Both the position numbers and the translations under genes were made by a program. A stretch of 24,000 nucleotides of DNA from Candidatus Jordarchaeia archaeon. GTDB taxonomy: Archaea; Asgardarchaeota; Jordiarchaeia; Jordiarchaeales; Jordiarchaeaceae. The notes beneath the pieces were generated by a model. It searched no databases. It saw only the letters and a program-made list of their open reading frames with translations, and had not been told where the DNA came from. Of this stretch, positions 18,874-24,000 are shown in pieces. Positions within the stretch are counted from its first letter, which is position 1, and every line of letters begins with the position of its first letter. The stretch lies in NCBI GenBank assembly GCA_029856435.1, contig JAHQXB010000055.1, forward strand, positions 1 through 24,000. The letters are read 5' to 3'.

Positions 18874-19917
18874 TTGCAGGAGGAAATACCAAAAATAACT
18901 GTAATGAAAGCGGAACTCCTAGAAAAAGGAACGATCTTTGTAAAGGAGGTTAAAGAGCTTCCCTTTCACATAGATCGCTCTACCGCAGGTCCAAGCACCG
19001 GCCAAAATTCTATCTTTCTAAGGTTAGGCCAAGAGAGATTAGTGCGTCTTACTCTCACACAGAAACAGTCAGAAACACCCTACACCTACGACGCTAAACG
19101 TAAAGTCATAAAGAAGGATGAGGAAGAATGGCTTCCTGCGAGACAGGTAGAAAGCCTCCTTCACTGTCCAGAACAAGCATTCCTCAATTTAGATTCAAAC
19201 TGCAAATACCACTGCAAATTCTGTGCAACCCCTTTAATACAATCTCACATCAACCATAGAACCCTCCAGCCCCAAGTTGTGACCAGAATCGTGAAACGGG
19301 TAGCAAATAAGAGTTTAACGGCGGTTGCACTCACTACAGGAGTTTTTTCCACACCAATCGATAGTGTGAAACACATGTGCCAGGTGGTAGAGGCCCTCCG
19401 CCGAGAATTTGGGGATAGACTACCCATAGGAGTCGAACCCTATGTCGAAGAAGAAAAACACATAGATATGCTATATGACGCTGGAGCAGACGAAATAAAA
19501 ATAAACGTTGAGAGCTTTGATCCCCAAATCTACTCTAAAGTTTGTAGCGAATTCAACTATCAAAACAACCTGAAAATGGTCAGATACGCTGCAAAAGTCT
19601 TCGGAGAAAACCGCGTCTGTTCAAACATCATAATAGGACTTGGAGAAAAAGAAGAAACAATAGACCAAGGGGCAGAAACATTAGCACACTGGGGAGTAAT
19701 CGCATCCCTAAGACCCCTAAACTTAAATCCCCTAATAATGCAACAATTGCAACAGACGCTAAACAATAAGGCACAACGACCCACTGCCCAAAGACTAATC
19801 AAACATGCAACAAAACACAAACAAATCCTAAACGAAAAAGGTCTAGACGTAAACAAATTCAAAACTATGTGCCTCAAATGTACCGGCTGCGACATAGTTC
19901 CCCAAAAAGACCTCTAA
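18874..19917 (+). CDS. Radical SAM protein, LipS1/LipS2-type lipoyl synthase subunit candidate
   Basis: 347 aa with a TTG start (an alternative ATG lies 10 codons in). It has the CxxxCxxC motif CKYHCKFC at 19201-19224 and a C-terminal CLKCTGC motif. It is paired divergently with the other radical SAM gene. Confidence 0.7.
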   Translation: MQEEIPKITVMKAELLEKGTIFVKEVKELPFHIDRSTAGPSTGQNSIFLRLGQERLVRLTLTQKQSETPYTYDAKRKVIKKDEEEWLPARQVESLLHCPEQAFLNLDSNCKYHCKFCATPLIQSHINHRTLQPQVVTRIVKRVANKSLTAVALTTGVFSTPIDSVKHMCQVVEALRREFGDRLPIGVEPYVEEEKHIDMLYDAGADEIKINVESFDPQIYSKVCSEFNYQNNLKMVRYAAKVFGENRVCSNIIIGLGEKEETIDQGAETLAHWGVIASLRPLNLNPLIMQQLQQTLNNKAQRPTAQRLIKHATKHKQILNEKGLDVNKFKTMCLKCTGCDIVPQKDL

Positions 19918-19938
19918 AAATTAAATGGTGACTGAAAC

Positions 19939-20826
19939 GTGCCAAGAGTACCCCACCCTCAACAAGTAAACTTTATAAAAACTAAACACGAAAACAAGCC
20001 AATCCTAAAAGGAAGAACTGTATTCCACACCACAAAATATCTCATAATCCAGTCAACTGCAGGCCTATCGGTATACCAAATCAAAACTATGGGCAACAGA
20101 CTCATGAGAACTATAACCAGCTATATTCAACTAAGCGACGAGAACCAAACGGTAACATTGGATTTTTCCGAAATTGATCCCACAGAAAAAATCGAGATAA
20201 TTAAAAAAGCCACAAGGCACCTAAAAAAAGAAACAAGGAGCATAGTCTTCAAGTCCAAATTCGAACACATAGGTCTCGCACTATTTGAACCCCCCAACAT
20301 TAAGGTGGGAATAATTGACATCATCCCCCCACCAGCCAAACTACAAGACCAAGTCCAAAAAGCCCAAAAACAGGGGCTAATACGCAAAGAAACTAAATTC
20401 CAAATAAAAACAATAGACATTCTCAAAGAAATCCCCCCTACCACTTACCCTATAGTTTTTCCATGCAGTGCTAGCACCGGGAAAAAACTCATATTCTTAG
20501 ACGCAGATGCCCAAAAAATAACAAATCTAAACCAACCAATAACCATAATAGGCTGCCCAGTAACCTTCGAAACTATAAAAGAATTAAACCCAAAAATTCC
20601 CATGCAAAGAATAGACATATGCCCAACACACTATGCAAGAAAGGAAACCACAAAGAACGACTTCTACATAGTAAGATGCTGCCGCGCAAGCATCCAAGGC
20701 ACACAAATATACTCGCCAAAAACTAAACCAATAATAGCCCTAGAATGGGAACCTACAATGGAAAACTTCCTAGATGCCATTTATCAAGGAGCACTAATAA
20801 AAAACTATGCCAACTCCCCATTTTGA
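19939..20826 (+). CDS. Hypothetical protein (K/T/P/I/Q-rich, C-terminal Cys residues)
   Basis: 295-codon ORF with a GTG start (an internal ATG at codon 51 is possible). Codon periodicity follows the local A/C-ending bias. I recognise no family. Low G+T content lowers the stop-codon frequency here, so ORF length is weaker evidence than usual. Confidence 0.5.
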   Translation: MPRVPHPQQVNFIKTKHENKPILKGRTVFHTTKYLIIQSTAGLSVYQIKTMGNRLMRTITSYIQLSDENQTVTLDFSEIDPTEKIEIIKKATRHLKKETRSIVFKSKFEHIGLALFEPPNIKVGIIDIIPPPAKLQDQVQKAQKQGLIRKETKFQIKTIDILKEIPPTTYPIVFPCSASTGKKLIFLDADAQKITNLNQPITIIGCPVTFETIKELNPKIPMQRIDICPTHYARKETTKNDFYIVRCCRASIQGTQIYSPKTKPIIALEWEPTMENFLDAIYQGALIKNYANSPF

Positions 20827-20894
20827 AAATCACTGAAAGCCCTTACCTAAAATCCGAATTCTCTTTGAAAAGTTCTAGCATAGGGAACAAGGGA

Positions 20895-20979
20895 GGAGGG
20901 AGAGAGGGAGTAAGCATAAGATTTTTAACCCCCCCTCGTTAAGGAGGGGGGGATTTTGGAGGGAGAGAGGGAGGTAAGC
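20895..20979 (+). repeat. Two 21/22-nt polypurine direct repeats (GGAGGGAGAGAGGGAG(G)TAAGC) flanking a C7/G7 hairpin
   Basis: Copy 1 is at 20895-20915 and copy 2 at 20958-20979 (one extra G). They are 63 nt apart. Confidence 0.5.
20929..20957 (+). terminator. GC hairpin plus T-run, terminator-like, downstream of the 19939..20826 ORF
   Basis: CCCCCCCTC (20929-20937) pairs perfectly with GAGGGGGGG (20944-20952) around the loop GTTAAG. ATTTT follows. Confidence 0.45.
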
Positions 20980-21366
20980 TTGAATCCAGTCTTTCTACGA
21001 ACTGTAGATATTTCACGATTTATTTATAAATTTTTCCTAAAAATCATATAGAATATCGTAATTTTATAATATTTTTTAAACAATATATATTATTTATATT
21101 TTAGGCGCTGTCCTTCGGGATGCCTAGGGAAGTGGAAAAATTAGGGTAATGAACGTAGTTTCAGTATTCTTTGTGAATATTTTTATTTTCATATTCTAAA
21201 TCATTATAAACGATATATTTCCGGAATTTATAGGCTCTGCCAGATTTTGTTTGATGAAGGTCAGTACCTACTCCTACCGTTTGCAAATTTTATAAAAATA
21301 TGTAATAACTAAAGGTTTGGGAAATGGAAATAAATATTTTCTGGAATTATTTTTTGGGTATGGATC

Positions 21367-23628
21367 CTACACTTTTATTTCTTTGCTTTTAGATAGAGCC
21401 ATGGGTATGATTTGTTCTTGTGTGAATTTTATGTATCCGTCTTGCTCTGATACTATTGCGTATGCTTCCTCTTTGGTGGTTACTGGCGCGAAAATGGTTT
21501 CATCTCTGTCTCTTACCACACACCATAGGTCTTTATTGGGGTAGTGTAGGAATTTTACATTTCCTTGTCTTTGGAAGTGTTTTATTACTGACTCGAAAAC
21601 TTTGAGATCGATGTTTGAGATGATTGTGGCTTTGAAGTTTCTAATGTTTAGTAGTTCTTCAAGGATTTCGGGGATGAGTTCTGGGGAAATTATGGTTATG
21701 TTTTTCTTGGTTTTTCTAATTATAGATTTGGTGTGGGCTATGATTGCCTTTTCGCCTATTAGGGGCCAAGTCTTTATGTCCTTGTCGAATATGCTGTATG
21801 ATGTTTCCCAAATTTTTTTTAGGATTTCTTCCTTCTTTTCTATATGAGTAGTGATGCTTGAGAATTTTTCGATTAGATCATGGAAGTTTTTATCGAGAAC
21901 ATCTCTGGAGTCGGTATAGTTTTTGGATATGGCGTAGGCAATTTTTTCTTCAAAGGGACCCAGCTCTTGTATGTGTGCTCCTACTTTTTGGTTTATGGTT
22001 CTGTCTAGGTTGTTGTAAAGTTCTTCAGTCATTTTATCATATTCGAAGGCGTTGGTTTGTAGCGTTTGAGCTATCTTTCTCTGGAGGTGAATTACGCTGT
22101 ACTCTAGGAGTTTTATCCTGTTTTTGATGTTATTTTTGTACGTTGAGAATAGTTCGCTTGATCCGTTTATGAATGTGGTTAGGGCTTCGCTAAAATTTTT
22201 AAAAGCGTTTTCTATGTAGTTCCCAATATCCTTTCCAAGTTGGGTACATAAGTTTTCACAGTCCTCATCGTTGTTTTTAATGACTTCTGTAACAGCGTTG
22301 GAAATTTTGGATTCTATGAGGGAGCTTATAGGTGTTATCTTCTCCCTGAATTTGTTCTGCACCTTTTTAACCTCCTCCCTCAACAGGGTGGCTTTTTCAT
22401 CCACAAAGGTGGATAGACTCTTGGTTATCTGGTCTGTAATCCCCTGCGCGGTAACTATCTGTTCTGAAACCACGCTTTGATAATCGGCGCTCAAACCCTT
22501 AGCAGTCTCGTAAATTTTCTGTGTTTTCTCATTCAAATCTTCTAGAAATGCGTCGCCTTTCAAAACTACGTTGGTGAAAGCCTTTCTACGCGATGATAGA
22601 ATAGAAGTGGAACCAGCTAAATCTTGAGAAATACTCTCCAATCCACTAATAATGCTCTTCACCCGAGGCTCAAACGAGTTTAAAGTATCTAGGTAATGGT
22701 TGAGCAAGCCAGTCATAGCCTCTAAATACTTTGCCTTAAAGGACTCCACCTTCTCCCCCACTATCTCCAAAATAATTTTAAGTATCTCAAACACATCGGA
22801 TTCCAAATGCTCAATGAAACGCTTCAAAACGTTCAAATTCTCATCCACAGTAGTCCTAATCTTACTATCCAATTCCACACTATTCTTCTCATGTTTCGAC
22901 CGGTGTTCACCCAAAGTGGTAATGAAATGTAGCTTAATTATGTCTAGACGCTCACGAATCTCCTTGGTATATGCAGAAAAGGTTTTGCTGACCAGACTCT
23001 CTAAAGACACCATATCCTGCTCTATGCCTGAAACAAACTCCGAGGTAAGATCTGAAAGACTGAAGCTCTTCTTTTCCTCAAAATGCTCTACATCACTAAA
23101 GTCAACAAAACTCGTGGAAAGCAAAGAGCGTATTGCTTCCTCCACAGAAACACTCAAATCCCTAAAAGCATCTGCACTTCTCTCAAAGTTAGAACTCATA
23201 AGTTTAGTAAATTCCTCCACAAAAGACCGAAAAGTTTCCACACGGCTGCTAGTCAAACGGGAAAGCTCCTCCACCGATAAAAGCTTACTATCTTCCAACT
23301 TTTTGCTAAGCTCTTCAAACCTAGCTCTTGCAACCTTCTGTAACTCCTCTAATAAGTGACTCAAATCCTCATAAACACTCAAAAACCCGGCCAAAAAAGG
23401 ATTCAAAGGCACAAAGCCATCCACTTCTCCCGGCACTCGGCGCACAAAACGTGATTCCACTAAACGATCCAAGATATCTTTACATACATCTACAGGTAGT
23501 CCGGTCAGAGTAGAAACATCACCCAAAGCCAAACGCCCCGCACCCAAAACAGCTAGGTAAGCTTTAATCTCGTCATCTGTCAAGTCAAAATTTTTCATAA
23601 AATGCAAAATAGCCTCATTGACACCCAT
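21367..23628 (-). CDS. TrmB-family protein with a giant (~500 aa) all-helical insertion between the wHTH and the TrmB C-terminal domain
   Basis: 753 aa. The N-terminal TrmB-type wHTH reads LTDDEIKAYLAVLGAGRLALGDVSTLTGLPVDVCKDILDRLVESRFVRRV. The C-terminal 150 aa (TWPLIGEKAIIAHTKSIIRKTKKNITIISPE...VVRDRDETIFAP) follow the TrmB effector-domain pattern. The middle is low in Pro and Gly and rich in E, K, L and S. Confidence 0.75.
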   Translation of the reverse strand: MGVNEAILHFMKNFDLTDDEIKAYLAVLGAGRLALGDVSTLTGLPVDVCKDILDRLVESRFVRRVPGEVDGFVPLNPFLAGFLSVYEDLSHLLEELQKVARARFEELSKKLEDSKLLSVEELSRLTSSRVETFRSFVEEFTKLMSSNFERSADAFRDLSVSVEEAIRSLLSTSFVDFSDVEHFEEKKSFSLSDLTSEFVSGIEQDMVSLESLVSKTFSAYTKEIRERLDIIKLHFITTLGEHRSKHEKNSVELDSKIRTTVDENLNVLKRFIEHLESDVFEILKIILEIVGEKVESFKAKYLEAMTGLLNHYLDTLNSFEPRVKSIISGLESISQDLAGSTSILSSRRKAFTNVVLKGDAFLEDLNEKTQKIYETAKGLSADYQSVVSEQIVTAQGITDQITKSLSTFVDEKATLLREEVKKVQNKFREKITPISSLIESKISNAVTEVIKNNDEDCENLCTQLGKDIGNYIENAFKNFSEALTTFINGSSELFSTYKNNIKNRIKLLEYSVIHLQRKIAQTLQTNAFEYDKMTEELYNNLDRTINQKVGAHIQELGPFEEKIAYAISKNYTDSRDVLDKNFHDLIEKFSSITTHIEKKEEILKKIWETSYSIFDKDIKTWPLIGEKAIIAHTKSIIRKTKKNITIISPELIPEILEELLNIRNFKATIISNIDLKVFESVIKHFQRQGNVKFLHYPNKDLWCVVRDRDETIFAPVTTKEEAYAIVSEQDGYIKFTQEQIIPMALSKSKEIKV

Positions 23629-23769
23629 AAAGAGACCCCAGCGAGGTATTCAAATCAAAAAAAACAGTCAAATTATATAATTCTTTTGAAAAACAACAGA
23701 ACCAAACAATTGTCAAAAATATCCAGAAGTTCAAAAAGACTCAAGGAAATGCTCTAGCCAGGTTAAAAA

Positions 23770-23990
23770 TCGCTTTCCCCCACCACAAGCAACAGGAGGG
23801 GGAAAACAGTCACCGGTAATAACCCTGAAAACTAGGGGAGGCTTCATCGCCAACATAACAAAAATGCTGGGAGAGGGGAGATAAAACATAGGGGAGTCCC
23901 TGGCTCGAACATGAGTTCGAGCCCGGAGGGCGTGAAATTGGGAGGAGGGGAAGTCATGCACATTTCCGTTGGCTCCGCCTTTTTTTACCA
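23770..23990 (+). ncRNA. Candidate structured ncRNA (GC- and purine-rich island ending in a T7 run); identity unknown
   Basis: - Local GC is clearly above the AT-rich background.
- There is a perfect 9-bp hairpin at 23902-23923 (GGCTCGAAC/GTTCGAGCC).
- A second hairpin is TTTCCCCC 23774-23781 with GGGGGAAA 23798-23805.
- Five GGGGA(G/A) motifs are present.
- The T-run at 23980-23986 fits an archaeal oligo-T terminator.
- A TATA-like AAAAATAT lies at about 23717-23724. Confidence 0.3.
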
Positions 23991-24000
23991 TTCAATCTCT

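Noticed and set aside
20745-20942. 65-aa ORF running through the polypurine repeats
   Set aside because: It overlaps the 3' end of the upstream gene and translates repeat sequence (GGGREG...). It has no start context.
20895-20979. CRISPR array
   Set aside because: There are only two repeat copies. They are polypurine rather than palindromic CRISPR-like repeats, and there are no cas genes.
22700-23359. 219-aa + strand ORF, and other long antisense ORFs: 1229..1573, 7001..7333, 9537..9854, 11274..11585, 14441..14776, 15742..16020 and 19560..19895
   Set aside because: These are shadow ORFs opposite strongly supported genes. Their translations are Ser/Leu/low-complexity. Skewed base composition suppresses stop codons on the antisense strand.
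23902-23930. tRNA T-arm-like GTTCGAGCC, and SRP or RNase P RNA identity for the GC island
   Set aside because: The flanking 5-nt segments do not pair as a T-stem on either strand, and no acceptor or anticodon arms are found. The SRP helix-8 GGAAGGGAGCA-type motif and the RNase P GAGGAAAGTCC motif are absent or out of order.
23731-23991. 86-aa minus-strand ORF
   Set aside because: The translation is Pro/Gly/Arg-rich and not protein-like. It coincides with a GC-rich structured region and is more plausibly RNA or regulatory sequence.

Overview
This is a low-GC archaeal chromosomal window. The archaeal assignment rests on ABCE1, an archaeal-type PGK, FBP aldolase/phosphatase and a TrmB-family protein; many starts are preceded by GGAGG/GGGGAG Shine-Dalgarno-like sites. 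All calls come from motif recognition by eye, with no database search.

Housekeeping content:
- a gluconeogenic cluster: pgk, a bacterial-type class I gap, and fbp
- ABCE1
- a lipoylation cluster: lplA plus two divergent radical-SAM genes of the LipS1/LipS2 kind
- a nitroreductase, a UbiA-like prenyltransferase and two SCP2-like proteins

Less ordinary genes:
- an orphan 977-aa membrane-anchored FtsK/HerA-type ATPase
- an AAA+ ATPase fused to a winged helix, sitting behind phased TACATA repeats
- a 753-aa TrmB-family protein with a roughly 500-aa helical insertion

Main observations:
1. The fbp gene is split by a 70-nt intervening sequence. Its junctions fit bulge-helix-bulge geometry, and removing it restores the conserved C-terminus. 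It is a candidate mRNA intron.
2. The window is a mosaic of 0.5-3 kb blocks in which the + strand is alternately A+C-rich and G+T-rich. The switches cut through intact genes and appear as abrupt changes of synonymous third-position choice.
3. Several structured or G-rich intergenic elements may be ncRNAs or small mobile repeats.

I found no rRNA, tRNA, CRISPR array or recognisable transposase.
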